Part shown: positions 38,644 through 50,612 of the stretch, in pieces
Numbering within the stretch: the first letter of the stretch is position 1
How the letters are laid out: each line of letters opens with the position of its first letter
Origin: Lepidodermella squamata
Taxonomy: Eukaryota > Animalia > Gastrotricha
Direction of reading: 5' to 3'
Assembly (NCBI GenBank): GCA_047495785.1
Contig: JBLDXI010000020.1
Coordinates: forward strand, 1,922,001 to 1,986,000
DNA: 64,000 bases
The notes under the pieces: generated by a model
Told to the model about the DNA's origin: nothing
What the model saw: only the letters and a program-made list of their open reading frames with translations
The model's database searches: none
Made by a program: the position numbers and the translations under genes

Positions 38644-40050
38644 CATTATGTTTCCGATTTTCCGGGTCAAAGTCCATTGTCAGCCATTGCTGTCATCCAT
38701 CAGCCACAGTCAGCTCGCGTGTTGTCGTCCAGAGAGCTTGGTGACTTGGTGACTTGGTGACTTGGTCGTGTCATTGCAATTTTCAATGCAAATTTCGCAT
38801 GATTTTTCCAGGTGTTACTTATTACACTGCAGCACATATAGTTTGTTCAGAAAATGATCGGGAAGTCTCTTGCAACCTGCTATCAAGAAACGGGTGAATT
38901 GCGGTTACGTCTTTGTTAATCTCTTGCGTTTAGTTCGTAACGAGTTTTTCAAGTAATTCAGGGACTTTTAACCACTGTTTAATAACATGGCCAACGATGG
39001 TGGATCAAAATGATGCAATTAAACATTTTACAGGTTTGGTGCTACAAAATCATGACATGAGTAGCACTGAGATTAAAGATTTGCCGAGCGGGCGCAACTC
39101 AATGTTACCATGTGTTAATTGGAGTCAAATCAAAGCTAATTTCCGTCTTTTAGGTGAAAAGGAGACATCACACCAAGATGTATGCTTATTATCAAACAGA
39201 ATATTTTTAGCAGAGCCAAATTTGCTTGTTGCATACAATATCCGGGTGGATATCATTGGTGGATAGAACGATGGATATTGGCCTGAAGGCAAGAAGGCTT
39301 TCTATGTGGGCCAGGGGCGCAGCCGAACGCCGGAATGGTGGCCTGAAGGACGAATATCCATCGCTGTCCACCGATAAGACCCGGATATGGTTGTTATCCG
39401 GCGTCAAAAATCATAAAATCCGGATAACGGAGCCTAAGTTTAGATCCTGGCACCATAAACGCAACCAAGTTAAAAACAGTGACTTCTTTAAAAATGCAGG
39501 AAAATCGGCAAATAAGGCAAAGCAGGCCATGATCTCAAAGCGAAGATCTGGCCTTATGCAGAAAATTGTTTTGGATTTCTGCTTATCAATCGCGATATTT
39601 TCCAGAAATATTTGAAAATTCATTACTTCAGCAAATGCATTCTGCTTCCCATCTTATTCAGTTTTACCCCAAGCTAAAAGTCAGTAAAAAGTGAAACCAA
39701 ATATTTATGTTTTCCTTTCCCCTAAATTCAATTTCTCAAAACAATTTGTTTGTAAGTCATCAAAGCATAGATACCTTGACCTGAAAAATTATCAAAACGA
39801 AAAGCTTGTCGATGATGTCATGGTTATTGATGATACAGGTACAAAATAAAGGTTATAGGTGCTGCAGTGTAATAAGTAACGCCTGGAAAAATCATGCGAA
39901 ATTTGCATTGAAAATTGCAATGACACGACCAAGTCACCAAGTCACCAAGTCACCAAGCTCTCTGGACGACAACACGCGAGCTGACTGTGGCTGATGGATG
40001 ACAGCAATGGCTGACAATGGACTTTGACCCGGAAAATCGGAAACATAATG
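38644..40050. mobile_element. Non-autonomous DNA transposon with about 190-bp TIRs
   Basis: 38644-38835 is the near-perfect reverse complement of 39859-40050; termini CATTATG...CATAATG; AA on both flanks. Confidence 0.9.
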
Positions 40051-40554
40051 AAGCTAGGATATGTTACATGTTGAGACGTGGCTGAGGTGGACGGAAATCA
40101 AAGACAACGTCTGCAAGTACCCGAGCATTGATGCTCCACAAACGATTCGTTATTTTTTCAACAGAAAAGTGATTCATCGCTATGGTGTAAACGGCCAATT
40201 TCGCGACAATTTTCTTCACGGCACTGAGATAACTTGAAAGACCTGAAAAGGCGCAACTAGATAGGATGTAGTATTTCCTGTCATTCAAGAGCGCCACAGG
40301 TAAAAAAATGTCACAGCTCGTCATTGAGCCTGCAATGGAAGGATTTCCTTCGGCCATTTTTCATTGGAAAAACGAAAAACTGATTAAGTTCGAAAAATTA
40401 AAGGGCAGAACCGAAATAAAGGGCAGACCCTAAATACAGGGCAGGATCTTATAATTCACAAAATACGATACTCATTAACAGTCAGAAAATAATTATCGCT
40501 TCTTTGCCATGAAATTACCGCGTCTTTACTTCTACATGATTCAAATCATAGCAT

Positions 40555-40915
40555 TTAGTATCTGGTTAGCTGAATAGCGGAGCCACATCTTTTCTCGATA
40601 TAATCCGAACGTTTTTCGGGAGATCTCTTAAGGCAGCGTCGGATGTAATTCTGAAATGAAACAAACGTTTTAACGAGAAATTAATTCGTTACTACCAGAA
40701 CTTACGGCGGGTTTGCACATGGTTTTGCACTGCTTTGAGGTAACATCAGCCAGTCCATTGAAAGCTAATGCTTCAATTTCTGCAAGCTCGGCTTCGTTGA
40801 GAAATTTCAGCGCATTAAGCATGATATCCATCAGCTCAGCGTTGACCCCATCAACCGGGACAGCAAAACAGGGAACTGCCATAGCAATGATAATTACAGC
40901 ATAATAAAACTGCAT
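40555..40915 (-). CDS. Secreted 4-Cys peptide precursor, family A (C-x3-C subtype)
   Basis: MQFYYAVIIIAMAVPCFA signal, NEAELAEIE pro-helix, spliced QCKTMCKPA|NYIRRCLKRSPEKRSDYIEKRCGSAIQLTRY*. Confidence 0.8.
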
Positions 40916-41562
40916 TTTTCGATATTCAAAGAGGTTATACTTCGATTTCAATTCAATTTCAGGGTTTTTATCAACAACTTTTGGGCTGCATTGTCAACTT
41001 TGACGTTCATCAGTGAGACATGGCTGATAGTTCTGTCACTCGGTATGTTTAACCTCATTCAATTACATTTGTTCGATATAAATCATAAAGCTGACGTTAG
41101 TAATTCGATATCCCGATTTGGGTGGCGACGAAGAGACATGAACGATTAAGAAGCTTTTCGGTACAGTGTCTCCTACTTTGAATCGGCAAACAATCAATTA
41201 TCCAGTGAATGGCACTTTTCAAGCCTCATACGGGTAAATTTGATTAATAAAAGAATCATAGAAAAGCTTAAAAATGGCTTTTAATATTATGACTGGTGTC
41301 CGGAATCAGCGTTCCCCTTAATAGGAGACATTTCAATGGCTGACGATTAACAGCTATCCACGTGGGCATTTAATAGAAAAACCGACAAAACATATAAAGC
41401 CAGACAGCTTGTGACAAATATGGCCCTTGCTATGTTCAAGCTTTTGAAACTCGACAATTTGTCCCGAAATGAAGCATAACACGCTTGATAACTGATTGGC
41501 AATGTATTTATAACACCTGCCTATTCCAGAAATCGAGTATCAGTTCTTCAGCAGCTTGGAAA

Positions 41563-41939
41563 ATGAAAGTATCAATTGTTATCCTACTTACTTCAACCTG
41601 GTTGCCCGTATCTGGTGTAGCACTGGGGTTTTTGTACGATCTGAACAGCGAGACAACAGCAGCCGACAATGATGAGCTCGGTTTTATTACAGGTGAACAA
41701 GCTAAAACTCGTATGATGCCTGATTCTTCGGCGATTATGATGTGCAAGCTAGCCGCTGTTAGCAAAGCTATTCGAACAGAACTTGGCCCAACGGGGCTTA
41801 ATAAGGCAATCCTCAGGGTCAGCAATGGCTGAAAGCTGTAGCGTCAATGAAGGCGAAGAAATATCAACGCGGCAAAAGTGGCCGCCTTGGCCGCATCGTG
41901 GTAACAGGTCGTTTCGACGTTCCCGAAATTCCTAATTAG
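41563..41939 (+). pseudogene. Family D peptide precursor with frameshift
   Basis: N-terminus MKVSIVILL...GFLYDLNSETTA matches 47190; the homologous C-terminus QWLKAVASMKAKKYQRGKSGRLGRIVVTGRFDVPEIPN* is in another frame after about 41790-41820. Confidence 0.7.
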
Positions 41940-43442
41940 AATCTTTGGCTTATTGCCTCAAAGTTTTTCAGATTTTAGACATATACTTGTTCTTGATACG
42001 GCTAGCACTATGAGATTGAAAATATCTGAAAATCGAATCGGTGTCTTCGTCTTAGGCACTTATGAATAAAATTTTGTGGAATATTCAAAGAGATAATTAG
42101 TATTTGTTCAGATGAGTGCGATCATGGATGGATCCTGGAGCTGCAGGGATGGAAATTTCGTTGTCTTTGCTACATTTGTATGATATAGCATGAGTAAAAA
42201 GTTTATATCTGAGCCGGCCGAGATTTACGAATCGAAACGAGTCAAAGACGAGTTGAGGTGAGTAAATCGAATATATAAGTTCAGATATAAACGATTTACG
42301 AATGCAATGGAAGCGAATCAGCCGCAGCCTGCAGTTCGTCTGAATTTCATGCCGATTTTCTCGCTGTCGAATGGCTCGATTTCGAAGACGCAATTGTGCC
42401 CAGTACCTCGATTACGGCAACTGGCAGACAATCTCTGGCAGACTGGTATGAACCCGGGATTTCTTTGGTTCGAAGTGCCGCCCGACTTTGCGGATCTTTT
42501 GAGTAGTGTTTCTGGTTCGTTCGATCGATGTATGGGTCGGAATGCTGCCCAAATTGTTGCCTGTGCATTTTCCCACCAAATTCCTATGTTTTCAGATTGG
42601 TTCAGATTGATCTGATTCGCCTGATCACCTAAAATTAATATCGATCATCGATTCAACTTGAATCGGTATTCCTTTAAGTTCAAAAAGCTGAACAGCATAC
42701 ATTAAGGAACCTGTAAATGAATGAGCTATAGCGCGCTGATTGGTCAACACTGAAAATGCTAGTTAAGCGCACTACTCCAGAGATCGTTACAGCCTAATTA
42801 TGATCACTTTTCGTAGATAACATTTATGGTTATTCATCTTATTGGCCATGACCGGGATGCCATAACACCAATCGTTACACAACGACGTCGAAATGGAAAT
42901 TCAGGAAATCGAAAAATGAACCATAATAAGAAACACGCTTTTGTGTAAATGTGTAAACTTTGAGACATCAAGATTAACAGACATGTCAACGCGTTATCAG
43001 TGATCCGACAGCTTTCGTTTTGAATATTTCGGGTTTTGATTGTAACGCTCGTGGCATTCGCCTGTCCTCAGTTGTTGTGTCAGTTGGAAAACCCCACCAT
43101 CCCGTTACTGTTGCCATCAACTGCTTTTTAGAATTCGTACGCGTGGATAATTAGATTAAATGTGTTGATTCAGGTTGAGGACACATCATCGCAAAATTAT
43201 CCGAATCGCCCATGTCTCCTCAGCATTCAACATTTAATCAGCCTCGCTATTTCATCTGGATATTGAATTATTGAGTGACGGATTGACACTAATTTCAGGT
43301 TAAAGGTACGTACTTACAGCATGACAAACTCATTAACCACGCTGTCTCTAAAATAGAAGCTGACAGGTCATGTAATTAAACGCTTTCCAATATAAGGATG
43401 ATTGACTTGAGCCAGAAATGTAACAGTTCACCGCAATCAATA

Positions 43443-43793
43443 ATGAATATTTTCGCCATTACTATCAGCGCTTTTGCAGTCTCCTGTCTTACAGCGTCCA
43501 CGGTAGATCCAAACAACGACGATCGAGATTGGATAATTGGCGCGCTGCAACAATTGAACGACGCCGAACTAGCCGAAATCGAAAAGTTGGCGCTTGACGG
43601 CCTGGATACGGTCACAACTGCACAGTGCGAAACAAAGTGTAAACTTTCCGTGAGTTTTTTTTTAGCTGAATTATGTCTTTTGAAACATTACGGCCCCACA
43701 TTACCACAGGATCTCATTGATCGCTGCCTGAAGCAAGCTCCGGAAAACCGACCCGATTTCATCTTGAATCACTGCAACTGCGATATATACTGA
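43443..43793 (+). CDS. Secreted Cys peptide precursor, family A (C-x3-C subtype, extra fifth Cys)
   Basis: Signal peptide, NDAELAEIE, stop-free 60-nt intron 43650-43709, QCETKCKLS|DLIDRCLKQAPENRPDFILNHCNCDIY*. Confidence 0.8.
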   Translation: MNIFAITISAFAVSCLTASTVDPNNDDRDWIIGALQQLNDAELAEIEKLALDGLDTVTTAQCETKCKLSVSFFLAELCLLKHYGPTLPQDLIDRCLKQAPENRPDFILNHCNCDIY

Positions 43794-44329
43794 TTTTAAG
43801 CTATTGCATCTGATGGAAATCTCTTGATTTGGTACTAGTTGATTAGCGTGAATAATAAAAATAATTATATTCTGGTCATTTTCCTTGAATGAAAGCAAAA
43901 GTAAAGATTTAATGAAATCTGTTTTCTGACGCCGTCTCTTAAGTGAACACAGACATAATAATATTATGATAATAGTTTTATTTTAGCCTCTCCATGACTA
44001 AGCGTCATTACCGTTTCCGGTTTTGAAGAGGGCGAAGGCAGGCAGGCTTACCCACCCCCACAGTTGAAGATCCTGCTTTTTCCGAAAAATTCATAGTTTT
44101 CAATCGAGTTAACAATCATGCGCCATTCATCTTATTCAAAAGACACCATTTCAGCTAGTTGAAAATCGGGTGTAATTTTAATTTCAAACTGCATTTCGCC
44201 AGATTTTTCCTTCCCTTCTTTCTTTGGCGTTTTGCCCTTCTTATCCTTGGCCTTATTCTTAGTGCTAGTTTTCGTTTTCTTTTTCCGGCGTAATTCCTTA
44301 GTCAGTCCTACTTTAATCGAACTTCTATG

Positions 44330-44540
44330 CACTCCGTGGATCCATCTAGTACGGGGTCGTCCTCTAGGTGCAAACCATCCCAACGGAGGCGTCCAAATAT
44401 AAATTTTGTTAATTAGTCCTTCTGCGTCGTAGTCACGTGATCTAACGATGTGTCCGAAGTACCTTAACCGTTGTTTTCAACTATGCGGCTCACTTCAATG
44501 AGGCCTCCGCATAGAGCCAGCCTTATGTCTATGTTAGGAA
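44330..44540 (-). mobile_element. LINE ORF2 3' relic (RTE/L2-like)
   Basis: Translates to RLRYFGHIVR...RGRPRTRW, the typical C-terminal motifs of RTE/L2-type ORF2. Confidence 0.7.
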
Positions 44541-45433
44541 TGTAGTCCATTAAGTGTACACCTACTATTGATTGGAGCCAACGATATTCTATAGTATTTA
44601 ATCTGTTTTCTTGGGCTACCGATATGTTCCATGATTAACACAGACATCATGGTCAATAATCTCAGTGAAGGCAAGAAATAAAAAATTCGAGCTTGCCAGA
44701 TTCGAGCCGTGAACAAGCCTAATATTACATAGTATGAGCGAAGCCGTGCTCGCAAAAATTTCCACATTATGTTCAGTTTTTTTCCAGCTGGTTTTTCCGC
44801 GGCTTCGGTGGTCAAAATAATAATAATAATGACGGCTCGTTTGCTAGGCGGAATTTGTTAATAAAAGTTGTCAGCTACATGTAGACAATAAGTCGCTTAT
44901 GTAACGCAATTTCTAAAAATAATACAGCCTATTAATAGAAATTCGGTAAACGAGACGAGAGGATCGGACTATGAACATAGCTCTATTTAATGTGCGTACT
45001 CTAATGCAATCGTTTAATTATTTTTATATTGTTTTGTCACAGGGCTGGATGCTTGAGGTCCCGCAGATTATTAAATTTTCCGATTGTACATCTCATTATC
45101 GCTCATATTTTACAGGATCAATATTTAGCTAAAATAGGTGAAACGGGTGATACAGGTAACACATGTTGCATCTGGACAATAAGGGGACAATCAATCCTCA
45201 CAATGCATGTAAATGAACCCCATCAACCCCACCGCCGCAACCGAACCTGCAAAAACTAGTTGGACTTGGGCATATCGCGGGACTAGAATGTAATAAATAA
45301 AAATTTCGGCGGTGAAATACAACCTGCAAATCTGGCAAATGTGAAATTCAACTGTGGTATCGGAAAATCTATCTTCTCAGACATTATGGAGCTCTGAAAC
45401 ATTTTTATTACGTAATTTAACAGTCGTGATAAG

Positions 45434-45736
45434 TTATAAGTTAGCTCCAACCAGTTTGGAGAAAATCAATGCTTTGCCGCAATGGCCTCTGATATAAACC
45501 AATCGGTCCTTTACGGAAGAGTGTGCGAGGCACTGCAGCATGCGATGCGTGTTCTTATTGAGGCACTGCACGCATAACGTCGATGCGAACTGTTACAGAT
45601 AATCGATTGCTTTGATCGTTTTTTCTTGATGGCGTTTGGGCTGGTTATAAGGCTTAGGCTTACTTGCCGCGTGACTTGCTGCATGACTTGCCGCAATAAT
45701 CACCATCAAAAACATTTGAAGGGTAGTTGAAACCAT
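45434..45736 (-). pseudogene. Intronless family A copy with one in-frame TAA
   Basis: MVSTTLQMFLMVIIAASHA...AIDYL*QFASTLCVQCLNKNTHRMLQCLAHSSVKDRLVYIRGHCGKALIFSKLVGANL*; stop at 45593-45595. Confidence 0.75.
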
Positions 45737-46119
45737 TTTTTCAATATGAGCGTTAACTTCTGAACGCTTAAATATTATCTTCAATGGCATGATATTTAAA
45801 AATTGATCGCTTATGTACTACTATAATCATCACCTCATCATCATCAACTTCTGATAATTTGTTAACGCGTGGCACGTCTACTTTACTCGGGAGACATTTG
45901 CCCAGATTAATTTATGAGTTGTCAAGGACGTGTGACATTTCTGTAACAAAATTAGAGATCAGTAGAGCGAAGTTAAATGAGAGCCTTTGCCGGGATGTTA
46001 GATTTCCCGCTAGCTGAAACTGACCGAGACGGAATGAATCTTTAGTAATTAGTGAACGCTCGGCAACAATGAGTAATATAAAATAATAAGCTTCTGGAAA
46101 CATACAAGGTTTACAATAA

Positions 46120-46457
46120 CATTGTGTGACCACTTAAAAGTCCAATCTAATGCGCACGCTGATTGGTCGATCGATCGTTGCTATGACTCCCGGATGAAAC
46201 GTTCTGTCGTGCGATCCATAAGATTTTTTGCAACAAGTGTTTTTTGCCGCAGCAATTTACCACAATTAATATGGAGTTTACGCTCGTGGTCAATGGAAAC
46301 CGGGCAGAGGGTGTGGCAAGGTCATTTTTTTCATAAATATAAAATAATTTATTAGTGGATCGCACGACGGAAATGTTTCATTCCGGAGTCATTAGCAACG
46401 ATAAATTGACCAATCAGCGTGCGCGCCAAGGTTCAACTTACCAGTGGTTCCACAATG
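46120..46457. mobile_element. MITE, inverted second copy of 35439-35772
   Basis: Near-identical reverse complement of the first copy; AA on both flanks. Confidence 0.85.
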
Positions 46458-46806
46458 AAGTTTGAAGTTTGAATGAGCCCAGTTTCACCATTTCATCGTT
46501 TACTTTTCACTGGGTCATCGCCGTTCGAATGAGAAATCTCGCCTGTTTTTGGGTTGAAAAGTAACAGTTCGGCAAACTCATTTCTTCAAGGTAGAACTCA
46601 CAAATACCGCAATGTCGGATTTGAGCTTATCATGGGTAAATTGAATCAAAGGCAGTAGTTATTCGAGTCAAGGATAAGGATAAAGGATTCTGACCGTTTG
46701 AAAACAGTTTCATTTATTCATATGGGCTTTATGCTTTATGTGACATATTACAAATGCAAAAGCAAAATAACTCATTTCATTTCGTTGCAATAATTGGTAG
46801 CTTGTT

Positions 46807-47190
46807 TCACTTAGGAATATCTACTACATCAAATGACCCGGTGACAACAATGCGACCGTGTCTGTTGTTTTTGCCGCTACGTTGGTGCTTCTGACGCTTT
46901 ATCGACGAAGCCGCTTGCAGCCACTGCAGCCCGCTAGATTTTCTCTGCGCGTCCTTCATGAGCGCTGACAAGTCCGTCACTACTTTGGTTCGCATCGCTC
47001 CGTTGATCATAATCAGTTTGCGCCAGATTGATGTCGAGTTGACGCTCGGTATCGCTGGCATTTCAGCGGGCTCGTCATGTTCAACGGCCGTTGACTCGCT
47101 GTTCATATCTGACAAAAAGCCAAATGATGCCAGCGAAATAGGCAGCAAGGATGATATCAGAATTAAAATTACGTATATCGGCATTTTCAT
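46807..47190 (-). CDS. Secreted peptide precursor, family D (acidic pro-region, cationic C-terminus)
   Basis: 127-aa ORF with signal peptide, dibasic RK/KR sites and basic tail KRQKHQRSGKNNRHGRIVVTGSFDV; paralogue at 41563. Confidence 0.75.
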   Translation of the reverse strand: MKMPIYVILILISSLLPISLASFGFLSDMNSESTAVEHDEPAEMPAIPSVNSTSIWRKLIMINGAMRTKVVTDLSALMKDAQRKSSGLQWLQAASSIKRQKHQRSGKNNRHGRIVVTGSFDVVDIPK

Positions 47191-47820
47191 GTAAGTATTA
47201 AACGAAGGTAACGACGAGGGCTAAAATTTGCTTTTATACCCCTGGAATGATAATTAAATTTCCTGCCATATTTTTTCGATACAAGACAGGGCCAAAAGTG
47301 TCAGAATCTCGCAGGTCAAGCTTGATTAAATCGCAGGGTTGCAGACGACAAGAAGAGAGGAAATGAGTTGCGCCTAACGAAAATGTCCTCGGATAAGTGG
47401 TCTAATTATTAGTCTTCTGCTGACGAATGAAACGTCCATTATTTTCAATTTAAACATTCAAATAAAATTAAAAATACAAAGATTCATTGCTTTGCTGAGT
47501 TGATGCTGAGATTAATCTGTCATTTAAATTAACCTGTTTACTATGATGTTAAACTACTGACGCCAATTATGTTTCATAAAAGCAATTTTAACGAACTCTC
47601 TAAACGATACGAGGCATGAGAACGGGAATTCATATCAATGATTGCAGCATCACACGATGTTTTTGATTCCTTCAAATACCTCCAACAAAAGCAATCATAG
47701 ATTACGATATAGCATTGATATAGCGACGAACCGCCCGCTCGTGAAGTAGGGCTGGCAGGAAGCATGCTGAAAGTGGGACTGATTCACCGCTGTTCGAATA
47801 ATAGCCACGCCTTGCCTTGT

Positions 47821-47943
47821 CCGAAGCTAATTTCGTCGCCTACAACGGCTAAGCGGATTGGAGGTGGTGGACGTAAGCCGCTGTTCGCGGATGTCGAGGA
47901 AAGATTAGCAGCATGGGTCAGATAAGATAGAAGTCAACCGTGG
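47821..47943 (+). mobile_element. pogo/Tigger-like transposase relic (CENP-B-type HTH)
   Basis: KRIGGGGRKPLFADVEERLAAWVR*DR resembles the GGRK...LEE.L..W motif; contains a stop. Confidence 0.6.
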
Positions 47944-48268
47944 AAATGACTTGCTGTGATGAAATTTGGTATTTTGAATTTTACAAAAAAAGCAAGATAC
48001 TTTCGGACGTAGGGGCGGGTGACTGATTCTTTTGGTTAATTGCCTTGCCTTCGCCTTCCTCAAAATCCGAAAGGGTATAGACGCTCAGTCTCGGGGAAGT
48101 GAAACAATCAAATCATTTTCATTTCCAAGTGCAAACTGCCAGTCGCTCTCTTTTATTTCTCGACCTTGCACATTCTATCCTTCATCATCACTCTAAACTC
48201 GACTTGGAATGCAAAGAAGATAAAGAAATATTCACTGGAACCCAATCAGATCAGGTTACCATTGCGGC

Positions 48269-48539
48269 TTATCTTCGGCTAATTAATGTATCATCAACCG
48301 GGCTCATAAATGCATTATCTATCCGATTTTTAAAATCCCGATTTTCTCCGGATCTTGCGGCAGGTTTTTTGAGGATTTGCACCAACACGTTGCTCAAGTT
48401 TGGGTGGTTGTGATTCTGTCCGTGATGCTGGGCGCAAATCGCAAGACCAACCTATCAAGGATTCGGTAAAAAAATCGAAATTTCCAACTGTTAAAACTGT
48501 TACCAAAATTAATGCAATAATGGCGATCTGACGTAGCAT
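48269..48539 (-). CDS. Secreted His-rich peptide precursor, family B
   Basis: MLRQIAIIALIL|gtaac..ag|VGLAIC-AQHHGQNHNHPNLSNVLVQILKKPAARSGENRDFKNRIDNAFMSPVDDTLISRR*. Confidence 0.75.
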
Positions 48540-49376
48540 TTCTTCGCAATTTCAAAGAAAAGAAATTACTGATGAATAAAGTGGAAAAATTTATTCAATG
48601 ATAGGTAAAGAAGAATCTTCTATAATGACATTTTTCGCTAACGCCTCAACAATTTTAACAGCTGCGATGACGGTAGGCGAGAAGAAAGAAAAAACCGCTT
48701 CTTGAATTTGCAAATTCGACAATTTAGTTCCGTCTTATTGTTTGCATAGTTTAATAAGCCCATTTAATTTAAGTCAGCAAGATCTTCAGAACGCTAGCAT
48801 TTCGGTATAACCCGCCATTTGACGGTAATTCCATTTCGCCTTTGTTCTCAAGTTTGGTCAAGTTGAATACTTTACCGTAACGGCAAGACAGCAAGACCGC
48901 AGCGCCGCAAACAATACCATTCATTTTTGCAAATACACAGCAAGACTTTTTTCCATCCCTGCAGCACCTCCAGGGTCCAAGATCGCACCCCGCACTTGGG
49001 TGTCAAATGAATGACGAAATATTAGCGAACGCTGTAATTATTGAGTACATATTGAGACGTTTGAGCCGAAACCGGAAAAAGTAAGAATGCAGCCCGTCGA
49101 AGCCCGCTGCTGGTCGACTATAGAGCGAGACGTGAAAACAAGCAAAATCCCGTCCTCTCTCTGGTCTAGTGACACTGGTCTGTCCAGTAAGGCTTATTAA
49201 GGTTTCCTTTGGTGTTTCATTTTTTCAAAAAATTCATTTTTGGTTTTACACAAACAACTCTGGTGTGGTGAATAGGCGAATCTGCTGAACTTTCCAGCGT
49301 CAAACCTGACATGCCCCGTATCCACGTTTTTGGAGAGAAAAAATTCGCGACCTATCCCTTTCTAACGAGTTATTAT

Positions 49377-50246
49377 AGTGCGTTCACAAACGACTTCGGA
49401 GAGGTGTCCTAAGTTTTCGGCCTCCGAAGTTTCGTAACAGGCCTCCGAAGTTGCGTAATCGCTGCCCGAAGTTTAGATTATCGTTCACAAACGCGCGCAC
49501 TGGGGACAGCGCGGCCGAAGTTTGAACAAATGGCGGCGCGCGTGTACCTAACACACGACGCGCACAAACTTCGGTTCGGAGAGCCCCAAAACTGCTCTCC
49601 GAAGTGCCTCCGAACCGAAGTTTGTGCGCGTCCGAAGTTATTATGTATAAATAAGGCCCTAGGGAAGGCTAGTTTCGAGGAAAAACTCACATAATAAGGC
49701 GAGGCGAAGCCGAGTCTTATTATGCGATTTTTCCGAGGAACTAGCCGTACCGTGGGCCTTATTAGACATATTACTCAAGGCGAAGCGTTAACCGTTCCCG
49801 ATAAAACTGCAATTTAAATGGAAAAATGTGACATAATAGGTGATTTTCTGGTGTGAAATGCGACTTTAAAAAATCAACCTTAAAACTGTACGATGAAAAC
49901 GGCATTTTTTAACGAATTTCATGCTGAAACAAGAAAACCTAACACACGACGCGCACAAACTTCGGTTCGGAGAGCCCCAAAACTGCTCTCCGAAGTGCCT
50001 CCGAACCGAAGTTTGTGCGCGTCCGAAGTTATTATGCATGCACACAGTCACTTGGCCACACTATACCAGGCGCCTCAATTAGCCTTTCCTGGCCAAACGA
50101 TCACCCTTTTATGAGCGCTACGACGCTAGTACACAAAAGAGGGCCACATTTGAGTTTTCTCGCTGGGTGATTTTTTCAGGAACAGCGGTTGTAGCCTGCC
50201 ATCTAAGCTAGGCCCTCAGCTATCCATCGGTAGTTTGTGAACGCTC
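49377..50246. mobile_element. Composite non-autonomous TIR element with internal palindromes
   Basis: Termini agtgcgttcacaaac / gtttgtgaacgctct; about 97-bp palindromic unit duplicated at about 49550 and 49940; long hairpin 49652-49762 centred on gaggcgaagccgag. Confidence 0.7.
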
Positions 50247-50612
50247 TAATAACCGTTTAGGGAAAGTAGCATTAAAATCCAGGAAATAATACTTGCCATT
50301 CTCGAAAAAGAATATATTCCTTCCTATTACTTCCTCCGCGAGCGAAGCGAGCTTAATTACGACCCCCAGAAATGCAAAGGGTCGGGAGACACGCGTTTCC
50401 GTTTACGGAGGGTTGCAGTTAGAAGGGCTGTTGAAGAGCTAGCGATGAATTATAAGTGCGTAGCCAATTTTCTTCTTAGTAGCAGGGCGACGATGATTTT
50501 ACTGGTTAGCCATATTTTAGCCATGTTCGGGAAATAAACACTTGGCTTCGAATTTTCGCTTTACTTCATAATCACTTGGAACTCGAATATCATTAGTAGG
50601 AGCTGAACATTT

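Noticed and set aside
38997-39623. ORFs inside the 1.4-kb TIR element as a transposase
   Set aside because: Short, with no DDE or DNA-binding motif that I recognise.
42097-42615. Overlapping ORFs of 70-100 aa
   Set aside because: No motif, signal peptide or paralogue in the window.
35526-46365. Repeated ORFs MRSTNKLF... and ...CDHLKVQSNAH...
   Set aside because: They arise from the two MITE copies, not from genes.
29143-48413. Plus-strand ORFs such as 29143, 30855, 32715, 34981, 36567, 37548 and 48099
   Set aside because: Antisense shadows of spliced minus-strand genes that have signal peptides and conserved splice sites.
49395-50040. CRISPR-like array of ccgaagtt repeats
   Set aside because: Eukaryotic context, irregular spacing and no cas genes; explained as transposon subterminal repeats.
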